A stretch of DNA of 64,000 bases from an uncultured Chloroflexota bacterium. GTDB lineage: Bacteria > Chloroflexota > Chloroflexia > Thermomicrobiales > UBA6265. The translations under genes and the position numbers were made by a program. A model generated the notes under the pieces. The model did no database searches and was not told the DNA's origin. It saw only the letters and a program-made list of their open reading frames with translations. The stretch spans positions 3,320 through 67,319 of the forward strand of contig CALGSZ010000130.1 of the NCBI GenBank assembly GCA_937901745.1, in the 5' to 3' direction. Shown piece by piece: positions 28,421 to 37,587 of the stretch (position 1 is its first letter; each line of letters begins with the position of its first letter).

Positions 28421-29577
28421 CTCTGTGCTGCCTCCCGAATGGCCGCGGCGACGACTTCCCCCGCCGCATCCCACCGATAGCGACGGGCGCGCTGCTGCCG
28501 TGCCGCCACCGCCTCAGGCGACGACTCCGCCGGATTGAGCGCGCGCAGGATCGCTGCCGCCAGCGCCTCCGCGTCCGCCGGCTCGACGTACGTCGCGCAA
28601 TCGCCGCCAACCTCCCGCAGCGCCGGCGCCGTGCTGGCGACGACCGGCCGGCCCGCGGCCAGCGCCTCCAGCACCGGCAGGCCAAATCCCTCGTACCAGG
28701 ACGGATAGATGACGACGCTGGCCCCGGCGTAGAGCCCCGGCAACGCCTCGTCCGGCACGTAGTCGAGCAGGCGCACGCGACCGGCGCGGACCAGCGGCTC
28801 CGCCGAGGCCAGAATCGGTTCCGTCTCCCAACCCGGCCGCCCGGCAACGACCAGCGGAATGTCGAGATCCCGCTCCAAGAACGAGATCGCGCGAAAGAGC
28901 GTCACGTGGTTCTTGCGCGGCTCCAGCGTCCCGACCGTCAGCAGGTAGCGCTCGGGCACGCCGAGCCGCCCTCGCTCCTCGGCGGTCAGCGGCGTCGTCG
29001 TGAAAAAGCGCTCCTCGACGCCGTTGGGCGCTACCACGATCTTGCCCGGATTGACCCGGTACCGCTCGATCAAGTCTCGGCGCGTCGTCTCGGACACGGC
29101 CACAACCCGCCGCGCTGCCGCCACTTGACGCGGCACCACCGCGCACAGATAGCGCCGCAGCGGCGCCGGAGCCCGCTCCGGGCAGATCTCGAACGCCAAG
29201 TCGTGCACCGTGACGACGCTCGGCGTCCGCAAAGCTGGCGGAGCCGTGAAATCGGGCGAATAGACGACATCTGCCGGGAAGCGCGTCAGCGCCTGGATCG
29301 GAACCGGGATTCGCGCCCGGTACCAAAGCTGATCCATCCGCCGCCGGCTCAGCGGCGCGCGCGACGTTCTCGGCGCCGACAGCGAGTCGAACTGCTCCAG
29401 CGTCGCGGTCGCGAACGGCGCCGGACCGGGCCGCTCCGCCGCGTACCAAAGGAGCACGTCCGGATCCCCGAGTGCCCGGACAGCGGCGGGGACCACCTGC
29501 CGGGAATAGCGGCCGATGCCCGCTCCCTGATTGAAAGCGGCGCTGGCATCGATCAGAAGGCGAAGGCGCTGTCCCAT
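28417..29577 (-). CDS. glycosyltransferase family 4
   Basis: GIGRY, VVTVHDL, VGTLEPRKN, YPSWYEGFGLPVLEA (EX7E). Confidence 0.93.
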   Translation of the reverse strand: MGQRLRLLIDASAAFNQGAGIGRYSRQVVPAAVRALGDPDVLLWYAAERPGPAPFATATLEQFDSLSAPRTSRAPLSRRRMDQLWYRARIPVPIQALTRFPADVVYSPDFTAPPALRTPSVVTVHDLAFEICPERAPAPLRRYLCAVVPRQVAAARRVVAVSETTRRDLIERYRVNPGKIVVAPNGVEERFFTTTPLTAEERGRLGVPERYLLTVGTLEPRKNHVTLFRAISFLERDLDIPLVVAGRPGWETEPILASAEPLVRAGRVRLLDYVPDEALPGLYAGASVVIYPSWYEGFGLPVLEALAAGRPVVASTAPALREVGGDCATYVEPADAEALAAAILRALNPAESSPEAVAARQQRARRYRWDAAGEVVAAAIREAAQR

Positions 29578-29590
29578 CGCCCCTACCTCG

Positions 29591-30718
29591 TCACCGCACG
29601 TCGTTGCGGAGCCGCCTCAGATACAGGACGAGTCCAACCGCGACGAGGCTCCAGTAGGTCAACAGACGGTCCAGCACCGCGATCGAGCCGCCCAGCGAGG
29701 ACTCGACGCCGACCAGCTTCAGCACGCTGATCACCGCGACCTCGACGACGCCGAGACCAGCGGGCGTGACCGGCAAGGTCGTCAGCAGCGCGCCCATCAG
29801 CGAGACGAACGCCGCCGTCGGCACGCTGATTTCCGCGCCCACCGCCGACGCGACGAGGAAAAAGCGCAGCCCATCCGCCACCCAGATCAAGACGCTGACG
29901 CCGAGCGGCCGCCACGGATTGCGCAGGCACGCGAAGATCGCGTCGTGGAGATGGCCGAACTGCGATTGGAACCGCGCTGGCAGCCGTTGCTGGACGGCAT
30001 TCCTCGCGAACCACAGCGCCAAGACGCCGATGAAGCCGACCGCCAGCAGCGCCAGCCCCATCGTCAGGGTCCGGGTCGCCTCTTGCGGCAGGTGCCCACG
30101 GAACGCGATTGCTCCAGCGCCGGCCATCGTCGCGAAGAGCACCACCAGGTCGGTCAGCCGCTCCGCCAGGATCGTCCCGAACGAGGCGCTGAACGACGCG
30201 CCAGTCTCCCGCTTCGCGAGGAACGCGCGGTAGGCGTCGCCGAGCTTCGCCGGCACGACGCTGTTGACGAACCAGGAGAGCATGATGATCTCGGCGAACC
30301 GGCGCGCGGGCGGAACGGTATAGCCGCGATCCTGCCGAATACCGGCCTCCTCCATCATCCAGCGCCACCGCACCGCGCGCAGCCCGAAGGAGCCGTAGTA
30401 GAGCGCGCAGGCAAGCGCGTAGAGGCGAAGGTCGGCATGGCGGATGTTCCGCCACACCGCGCCGATATTGATGTCCAGGCGGAAGAAGAAAAAGACGAGG
30501 ATGCCGACCGCGATCAGGAACGAGAGGATCGTATGCGGCTGCAGCAAGCGCCGTCCGAGCGGCTCCGGCTGCCGGGCCTCTTGCTCCTCGCCACTCGGTG
30601 CGGCGACCGCCCCCGCGTTCACTGGCGACGCTGGCATCTCCGCGGTCGCCTCCGCCGCAGCGCCATCGGCCCCGGCGAGCCGGTCTGCAACTGGACTGGA
30701 TCGCCGCCGCGGCATCAT
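29591..30718 (-). CDS. LPG_synthase_TM/UPF0104 flippase-like membrane protein
   Basis: LRAVRWR, NSVVPAKLGDAYRA, AERLTD, PVTPAGLGVVE, DRLLTYW. Confidence 0.85.
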   Translation of the reverse strand: MMPRRRSSPVADRLAGADGAAAEATAEMPASPVNAGAVAAPSGEEQEARQPEPLGRRLLQPHTILSFLIAVGILVFFFFRLDINIGAVWRNIRHADLRLYALACALYYGSFGLRAVRWRWMMEEAGIRQDRGYTVPPARRFAEIIMLSWFVNSVVPAKLGDAYRAFLAKRETGASFSASFGTILAERLTDLVVLFATMAGAGAIAFRGHLPQEATRTLTMGLALLAVGFIGVLALWFARNAVQQRLPARFQSQFGHLHDAIFACLRNPWRPLGVSVLIWVADGLRFFLVASAVGAEISVPTAAFVSLMGALLTTLPVTPAGLGVVEVAVISVLKLVGVESSLGGSIAVLDRLLTYWSLVAVGLVLYLRRLRNDVR

Positions 30719-32166
30719 CCGGCCGCCACCCGCGCGACGGGCAACTCAGCCGCGAAATGGGTCGGCGCGCGACTCTGGCCGGTCGTCAATGCCCAGACCA
30801 CCGCCAGTTGCAGCCCGAGACTGAGCACGTGCAGATACTCCACGAGATTGTGGGCGGCGACCGCAGTCGTGACGCCGATCGCCCCGACGACGAGCGCGCG
30901 AGAAGCGCCATCGCCCGCCTCACGCAGCCGCCGCCACAAGGTCCGCGCCACCACGCCGATCAGCGCGAGATACGCTACCAACCCGGTGACCCCGGCCTGC
31001 GCCAGCGCCTGGAGATAGGCGTTGTGGGCGTGCCCACGTGGAATCCGAAAGCGCCAGACCTGCGTCATCTCCCGAAACCGCTCGTTGAAGTTGCCGGCGC
31101 CCACCCCGAGGATCGGCTGCCGCCGCGCCATCTCGATCGCCGCCCGCCAATGCGCCGCTCGCTCGTGCGAGGCAAAGTTCGCTACCGTTACCTGCTGCTC
31201 CCCGCCGGACGCGATCGCCTCCGGCCCGATCCTCTGTACAATTCGCGTGCCGAGAGGTGTAAGGAGCACGACGACAACCGCCACGGGCGCCGCCACAAGG
31301 CCGATCCGGCGCACTCGCCCGCCACTGAGCCAGACAACCGCAGCGATCCCAGCCGCAAACCCAAGGATACCCCCGCGCGACTGCGTCAGCGCGAGCGCCG
31401 CGGTTCCCATCAAGACAGCGGCCCAACCGGCCATCGTCCACCGGCCCGCGCGTAGGATACTCGCGCCAGCCCGATCGGCGACGACCAGCGCGATGAAGAG
31501 TGGAACCGTCATCTCCAGATAACCGGCGAACGGGTTCGGCTCGCCGAACGTCCCGAACGCCCGCGTGATCCCGCCAGCCGAGAAGGACGGTGGCCCCGCC
31601 CGCGTCGCCACCTGCCAGAACGCCAGGAGCGCCATCGCCGCCGTCGCCGCCATCATCGCGCCCACGATTGGCAAGCGATCCCGGCCGGACGCGATCACCT
31701 GCCGCGCCATCACGTAGACGGCGAGCGCGACGCCCCAGCGGTAGACCTCCCCGGCCCACGCGCCGAGATCGCGCGCCACCGCGCCGCTGGCGACGAGGAC
31801 GACGACGTAGACGAGCCAGGCCGCGCCGATCCCATCAACGACGATCGGCGACCGCTGCACCGCGCACCGCAGCAGCCAACCTGCCAGCCCGGCCATGACG
31901 ACGACCTTCGTCGCGGTCAAGCCCGCCGGGCCTTCGAGCGCCCGCTGCACCGGAACGGACGCCACGATCGCCGCCACCGCCCATTCCGGCGCCCATATTG
32001 CGCAGGCCCCCGTCGCCAGCCCGATCAGCCCGAGCACGACGAGCGGCAGCGGCAGAACGACGAACGCGGCAGCGCCGCCAAGCGCCACCATCCCGATCGC
32101 GATGACGCGCCAGTCGAGACCAAACGGCGCGGAATGGACCGGTTCTGGCCGGGCCGGGCACATCAT
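30715..32166 (-). CDS. O-antigen ligase (Wzy_C) family protein B
   Basis: RAFGTFGEPNPFAGYL, TQSRGG, ERAAHW..PILGVGAGNF, HAHNAYL; ATGA-coupled start. Confidence 0.87.
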   Translation of the reverse strand: MMCPARPEPVHSAPFGLDWRVIAIGMVALGGAAAFVVLPLPLVVLGLIGLATGACAIWAPEWAVAAIVASVPVQRALEGPAGLTATKVVVMAGLAGWLLRCAVQRSPIVVDGIGAAWLVYVVVLVASGAVARDLGAWAGEVYRWGVALAVYVMARQVIASGRDRLPIVGAMMAATAAMALLAFWQVATRAGPPSFSAGGITRAFGTFGEPNPFAGYLEMTVPLFIALVVADRAGASILRAGRWTMAGWAAVLMGTAALALTQSRGGILGFAAGIAAVVWLSGGRVRRIGLVAAPVAVVVVLLTPLGTRIVQRIGPEAIASGGEQQVTVANFASHERAAHWRAAIEMARRQPILGVGAGNFNERFREMTQVWRFRIPRGHAHNAYLQALAQAGVTGLVAYLALIGVVARTLWRRLREAGDGASRALVVGAIGVTTAVAAHNLVEYLHVLSLGLQLAVVWALTTGQSRAPTHFAAELPVARVAAG

Positions 32167-33617
32167 GCGGCGCCCGTCCTCTCCGGAACCGGCTGAGCGA
32201 CGCGATCGCCCGCCGCGTCTTGCCCTTGCCGCGACAGGTGGAACTCGAGCAGCGCGACGAAGAACCACGTCATCACGGCCAGGTCGGGCAGGAAAAAGCT
32301 GTTGTCAACAAGCCCGTGAACCACTCCGCCGACCAGCGCCGCCGCCGCGCCCACCGCCACGCCCCCGGCCGCCACCGCCTGGCGTCGGATGCGAGCCAGC
32401 GCCCAGCCAAGCGCCCCGATCATCGCCGCGAGCACGACGAGGCCTGCCAAGCCGAGCCGGAGCCAGAAATCCAGCACGAGGTTATGGGGATGCGACGTGT
32501 ACCGCTCCGCCCAACCCGCCGGATCGACGTAGCGCGGCCGGTATTGATAGAGGAACTGATCCAGACCGACGCCGAAGATCGGATGATCGCGGATCATGCG
32601 GATGCTGGCCGACCAGAGCAGCTCGCGGGTAGACGCCGACCCATCGGAGCCAGTCGCCAGCAGGCGCTGCTCCGCCAGCATGCCGAACGCGGCGACTGCG
32701 ACCACGGTCGAGACCATCAGCCATCGCCACGCGCCTTTCGACCGCGCCAGCCAGATGATCGTCGCCCCGCCGGCCACCGCCGCCAGGAACCCGCCTCGCG
32801 AGACCGTACTGGCGAGCCCCGCCCCAATCGCGATCAGGACCGGCGCCAGCCGGCGGCGCTTTTCCGCCTCGACGAGCGCCATGCCGCCGAGCAGCAGCCC
32901 GACGCGCTCCAAGTAGAGCGCCAGATGGTTCGGATGGGAGTACGGACCGGTCGCCCGCCGGGCCGCGTCCGCCTCGATTGTCCCGTACCCCGTCAGTACC
33001 TGAACGGCGCCGACGAGCGCCGCCACCACCGCGGCCGCCACAAAAGCGGTAATGAGCAGCCGCTCGCCGCCCCGGCGTAGCGTCCACCGCGCGAGCGCGA
33101 TGATCGCCACTGGCTCCAGGATCACCAGCCGGTACTCGCGCAGGCTCTCACCGATGTGGCGAGGATCGGCGACGGTGAAGAGCGAGAGCGTCGCGGCGGC
33201 GATGAGCACGATCGGTAGCGCCAGCGTCGGCAGCGGCCTTAGCAGCCGGCTCACGACCGTAAGCGAGCGGGACCGAACGACCTCAAGCGCGACTTGCGCC
33301 GCCAAGCCGATGGTCCCTAGGACGATCGCCAGCTCCAGGAGGCTGAAGCGCGATTCCCCGACCGAGACGGGTTGGAGAACCAGCGGCACGCTCGCCAGCG
33401 CGGCGGCGGTCGCGGCTGCCGGCGCGATCACCGCCGCAACACCAGCGCAGGCGATTGCGAGCAGCGCAACCGGCAAGGGCACGCCGATCGCCAGCGTCAG
33501 CCCTGCCAGCAGCAGCGCGGCCAGAGCGCCGAGGTCGGTGACACGCCCCGCGCCTAGCGAGCGCTGCGCGCGCGAGAGGAATCCATCAGTGGTAGCCGAC
33601 CGGTCGAGTGCGATCAT
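32163..33617 (-). CDS. O-antigen ligase (Wzy_C) family protein A
   Basis: RATGPYSHPNHLALYL, SRGG, RELLW..HPIFGVGLDQF, HPHNLVL; ATGA-coupled start. Confidence 0.87.
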   Translation of the reverse strand: MIALDRSATTDGFLSRAQRSLGAGRVTDLGALAALLLAGLTLAIGVPLPVALLAIACAGVAAVIAPAAATAAALASVPLVLQPVSVGESRFSLLELAIVLGTIGLAAQVALEVVRSRSLTVVSRLLRPLPTLALPIVLIAAATLSLFTVADPRHIGESLREYRLVILEPVAIIALARWTLRRGGERLLITAFVAAAVVAALVGAVQVLTGYGTIEADAARRATGPYSHPNHLALYLERVGLLLGGMALVEAEKRRRLAPVLIAIGAGLASTVSRGGFLAAVAGGATIIWLARSKGAWRWLMVSTVVAVAAFGMLAEQRLLATGSDGSASTRELLWSASIRMIRDHPIFGVGLDQFLYQYRPRYVDPAGWAERYTSHPHNLVLDFWLRLGLAGLVVLAAMIGALGWALARIRRQAVAAGGVAVGAAAALVGGVVHGLVDNSFFLPDLAVMTWFFVALLEFHLSRQGQDAAGDRVAQPVPERTGAA

Positions 33618-35437
33618 GCCCATCGAGCCGGTCGCCAATCGGGAAGGTGCGGCAGCGGTGGTCGCAACTCGACGCCGCGTCGTCGCTGGAGATACCCCGC
33701 ACGCAGCGCCGCGACGTACGCTACCTCACGGAAGGCGAGGACGAGCAGCACCAGCGCCGTCATCGCCAGGATCACAACCGGCCACATCAACGGCGCGTCC
33801 CGAGCCACGACCAATCCGCCGATCGTGAGCCGAGCCGCGCCGGTGGGCAAAGCCCCTTTCCCGTCCAACGTGATCGTCAGGACGTGCAACCCGTCGTCGA
33901 GTCCCGACGCCAGCGTGATCGGCACGTCCTGCGCCCGATAATAAGACAAGTCGATCCGCGTTGCGTCGCCATCGCTCTCCCACCCCGGCAGCGGCCCACC
34001 ATCCAGCGTCACGCGCGCGACCCCGGCTTGCGGACTTTGCCGCAGGTAGGCGCTGACCGCGGTCCCGTAGAAGCGCAGCGTTACCGAGGCCCCGACCTCG
34101 CTCGTCGTGCGGAAGACGCGCTCGACCCCGTCGATCTGCAAGTGCTGCCGCCCCCACGTCCCTTGATAGACGACGGGTCGCGCCTCGGTCGGCACATAGC
34201 CGGTCGAGGCAGCCGTGCCAGCCGCGCTGGTACCGTACTCAGCGAGCTTGCGGAACGTCAGCGAGGCGGATCCGTCCGGACCGAACAGCGCATAGCCGGC
34301 GGCATCCTCGCTCCGGGGCACCAAGTCCCAATAGAACATCGGCCCAACCCACGGCCACTCGGCTCTGGCCCGCTTGACCGCCGCCACGCTGAAGTCGGCC
34401 TGCTCTTCTTCTGAGACCTTCCGCCCCGGACCGCCGTCCCATCCGACATGCGTCAGCCAAATCGGCCGCGTCTGATCACCTTCCTCGATCAGCAGCTCCC
34501 GGAACAGCACTGCCCGCGAGAAGTTCGTTCGATCCGGCCGGACGCGCCGGTCGTACGGCGACGCCGTCCCACCATCCACTCGCGCCGAGACGATGTCGAA
34601 GTACGACTCGGCGTCGATCTCGTAGAGCCGGCGGAGAAACTGGAGATCGGAGCTGCCGTTGCCCGGATCGAGCTCCGCGACAACGATGCGCGTCTCCGGA
34701 CTCGCCAGCCGCACCGCGTTGAATCCCAGCGCCAGGAGCGACAGGTACTCCTCCGGCCGCGCCGCCCGGCCACCCCAGTGATCGGCGTTGTTCGGCAGGT
34801 CCCAGAGCTGGACGAAGGGAACGCGCGCTTGGTAGTGCCGGGCGAACTCCGAGGCGAAGTTCGCGAAATCCTCCATCCGCGCCGGCGGAGCGTCGGTCGT
34901 CGGCGCCGCGTCCGGAGCGCGCGCCCACGCAGGAGCGTCCACGAGCACGCCGAGGATCTGAATGCCGTGGACATTGAACGCCTCGACGACCCGGTCGTAC
35001 GCCTCCCATGTGAACTCGCCCCGCTGCGGCTCGATCCGAGACCAGGAGAATGGCTGACGGACGTAGAGGAACCCCGCCTCCTTCAGCGCCGCCGCGATCG
35101 CCTCATAGCCTGAGGGGTCGAACAGCAGAAGATCGACGTTCGTCGCCAGCTCGCGGCCGGATGCCTGCAAGACGAACGGCGGGTTCGCGCTCGTCTCGAC
35201 GCCGCGATGCAGGTAGACGTTGGCAATCGCCCCGCCGATCGCAACGCACAGCCCGAGGAGCACGAACACGACCGCGCGGGCAATGCGCGCCGCATCGTCG
35301 TCGGCATGACTCTCGCCGACGAGATCGCCGATGACCCGGCCGGCTGGCCGCCTCACGCGCTCCGGAGTCCCGGATTCCGCGCTCGACTGGCCGTTGCTCC
35401 TAGCTCCCACCCGCGGGCGTGCCCGCTGCGTCCCCAT
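33614..35437 (-). CDS. doubly membrane-anchored clan GH-A (GH39/GH5-like) fold protein, catalytic residues substituted
   Basis: AGFLYVRQPFSWSRIEP..GEFTW..YDRVV, PAWAR, SEEEQAD; WDLPN and WLTHVGW where WNEPN and WxTExGW are expected; N- and C-terminal TM helices. Confidence 0.75.
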   Translation of the reverse strand: MGTQRARPRVGARSNGQSSAESGTPERVRRPAGRVIGDLVGESHADDDAARIARAVVFVLLGLCVAIGGAIANVYLHRGVETSANPPFVLQASGRELATNVDLLLFDPSGYEAIAAALKEAGFLYVRQPFSWSRIEPQRGEFTWEAYDRVVEAFNVHGIQILGVLVDAPAWARAPDAAPTTDAPPARMEDFANFASEFARHYQARVPFVQLWDLPNNADHWGGRAARPEEYLSLLALGFNAVRLASPETRIVVAELDPGNGSSDLQFLRRLYEIDAESYFDIVSARVDGGTASPYDRRVRPDRTNFSRAVLFRELLIEEGDQTRPIWLTHVGWDGGPGRKVSEEEQADFSVAAVKRARAEWPWVGPMFYWDLVPRSEDAAGYALFGPDGSASLTFRKLAEYGTSAAGTAASTGYVPTEARPVVYQGTWGRQHLQIDGVERVFRTTSEVGASVTLRFYGTAVSAYLRQSPQAGVARVTLDGGPLPGWESDGDATRIDLSYYRAQDVPITLASGLDDGLHVLTITLDGKGALPTGAARLTIGGLVVARDAPLMWPVVILAMTALVLLVLAFREVAYVAALRAGYLQRRRGVELRPPLPHLPDWRPARWA

Positions 35438-35580
35438 CGTCGCCAATGTCGCGAACCGCTCCCCTCGGATTCGAGCGGGACAATGCCGGCCCGTCGCCCC
35501 TGGCCGGACGGGGAGAGTATAGGCCGGGCAGCGTCCCGCGGTCCCTGGCAGGCGGCGCGGCTCTACGTAACTGACGTATC

Positions 35581-37587
35581 ATGATCGGTATGCATGTCCT
35601 GACGCCCTCCGACGAACGACGCGTCGCACCCGCGATCAACTTCCTGGCTCAACAGCTAGACCGTGAGCTCGAGCAGGCCTATGGCGGCGCCGATGCCTCG
35701 AGCGCCCGCTCGCAGCCGCTGCGCGCCGCCTGCGAACGCTACGGGGCGGCAGCAGCCGCGGCCGACATCCCGCTTGAAGACGCGATGGCAGCAGCCATCG
35801 ACATCCTCCAGCGCCTCTTCGACCGTCTCGGCGGGCACGCGACCGACCCGGCTACGACCATCGCGGCCGCCATCGCCCTCGCCGCCGTCGCGCGGGCCTA
35901 TCACGGGGCCGCTTCGGCCGACCAGGCTGGGGAAGCCCAAGGCCAGGTACCGACGCACGTCGCTCGCCTGCGCGCGCTCTATCGCATCAACCGCGCGGCG
36001 ACCGCCAATCTCGAGCTCGCGGAGATGCTCGACACCGTCGTCAAGGTCGTCGCCGACACGACCCAGAGCGACGCCTGCGCCGTCTTCCTTTACGATCACG
36101 CGACGGAGACGCTCGCCCTCCGCGCCGCGGTCGGGCTCAATCCCTCGTCCGTCGGCGCCCTCATCATCCGACCCGGAAGCGGCGTCACCGGCCGCGCCGC
36201 CACCGAGCGCCGGCCCATCATCGCGGTGGACGCCCGCGACCACGAGAATTGGGTCAGCTCTCCGGTCTTCGGGGATGTCGTCTACGCCTCGCAGGCATCC
36301 GTGCCCATGCTCATCAAGGGGCAGGACCGCCTCGTCGGCGTGCTGAACATCCTGACTGTCGCCCGCCGCGAGTTCGACGACGAAGAAGTTGACTTCCTAC
36401 AAACGGTCGCCGGCGAGCTCGCCATCAGCATCGAGAACGCGCGCCTCTACAGCCGCACCGACGCCCGGCTGCGCCGCAAGGTGGCCGAGCTTGGCACTCT
36501 GCAGCGCGTCTCGCGGATGGTCGCCTCCTCGCTCAACCTGCAGGATGTGCTCCGCATGATCGCCGAAGCGGCCGTCGAGCTCATCCGAGCCGATGCGGCG
36601 GCGATCTTCCGCGTCTCCCGCCGCGCGGGAGCGGGCAACGGGATCAATGGCGATCACGGACCGATCGTCGAGTATCGCGTCGGCCCGTCACGCCAGCCCG
36701 CCGACGTGGAGGCGCGCAACCAGTTCATCCTCGACGTCATCCAAACCGGCAACGCCCAGACGACCGAGATGAATTACGTCGATGGACGTGGCCGGCTCTT
36801 CTGCGTGCCGTTGCGCTCGGCGCGAGAGACCTGGGGCGCGCTCTGTCTCCGCCTGCCGCCCGGCAGGGAGCTGACCGAGGACGAGCAGGGGCTCCTTCAG
36901 GCATTCACCGATTCGGCCTCAATCGCGATCGAGAATGCCCAGCTTTACCAGGACGCGAAGCACGGCCTGGAGACCGCCTCGACTCTTCTCCAGGAGATGC
37001 ACCACCGGGTCCGGAACAATCTCCAGACCGTCGCCGCGCTCCTCTCGATTCAACTCCGGCAGATCGAGGACCAACCCGCGGCTTATCACCTGCGCGAGGC
37101 GATCAGCCGGGTCCAAGCGATCGCGGCTGTCCACGACCTCCTGAGCGACGAGGACCGTCTCGCCGGCGCCACCATTGACGCGCTCGCCCGCCTCGTCGCC
37201 GATGAGGCGCAATCGACGCTCGTCCCGCCCGGCCTGCACGTCACCTTCGAGATTCCGCCGAGCGATATCGCCGTCTCCTCGAAGCAGGCGACCGTGCTTG
37301 CCTTGCTCATCAACGAGCTCGTCGCGAACGCGGTCAGTCACGGCTTCCGCGGCCTGAGCCACGGAAAGGTCACCATCCGCGCGCACCGCTCCGGACGGAT
37401 CGCCACGCTCGAGGTCGAGAACGACGGACAGCGCATCCCGGCGGACTTCAATCCGCAGGCGAGTCAAGGTCTGGGGATGAGAATCGTTCAGCGGCTCGTT
37501 AGCGCCGACCTACGCGGGCACTTCACGATCCGGCCGACCGAGACCGGCACGATCGCGGCGATCAGCTTCCCACTAACCGACCTCTGA
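35581..37587 (+). CDS. cytoplasmic GAF-GAF sensor histidine kinase, HisKA_2 (PdtaS/EutW-like)
   Basis: Two GAF domains ending AISIENARLY and SIAIENAQLY; EMHHRVRNNLQ H-box; NELVANAVSHG; GLGMRIV. Confidence 0.88.
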   Translation: MIGMHVLTPSDERRVAPAINFLAQQLDRELEQAYGGADASSARSQPLRAACERYGAAAAAADIPLEDAMAAAIDILQRLFDRLGGHATDPATTIAAAIALAAVARAYHGAASADQAGEAQGQVPTHVARLRALYRINRAATANLELAEMLDTVVKVVADTTQSDACAVFLYDHATETLALRAAVGLNPSSVGALIIRPGSGVTGRAATERRPIIAVDARDHENWVSSPVFGDVVYASQASVPMLIKGQDRLVGVLNILTVARREFDDEEVDFLQTVAGELAISIENARLYSRTDARLRRKVAELGTLQRVSRMVASSLNLQDVLRMIAEAAVELIRADAAAIFRVSRRAGAGNGINGDHGPIVEYRVGPSRQPADVEARNQFILDVIQTGNAQTTEMNYVDGRGRLFCVPLRSARETWGALCLRLPPGRELTEDEQGLLQAFTDSASIAIENAQLYQDAKHGLETASTLLQEMHHRVRNNLQTVAALLSIQLRQIEDQPAAYHLREAISRVQAIAAVHDLLSDEDRLAGATIDALARLVADEAQSTLVPPGLHVTFEIPPSDIAVSSKQATVLALLINELVANAVSHGFRGLSHGKVTIRAHRSGRIATLEVENDGQRIPADFNPQASQGLGMRIVQRLVSADLRGHFTIRPTETGTIAAISFPLTDL

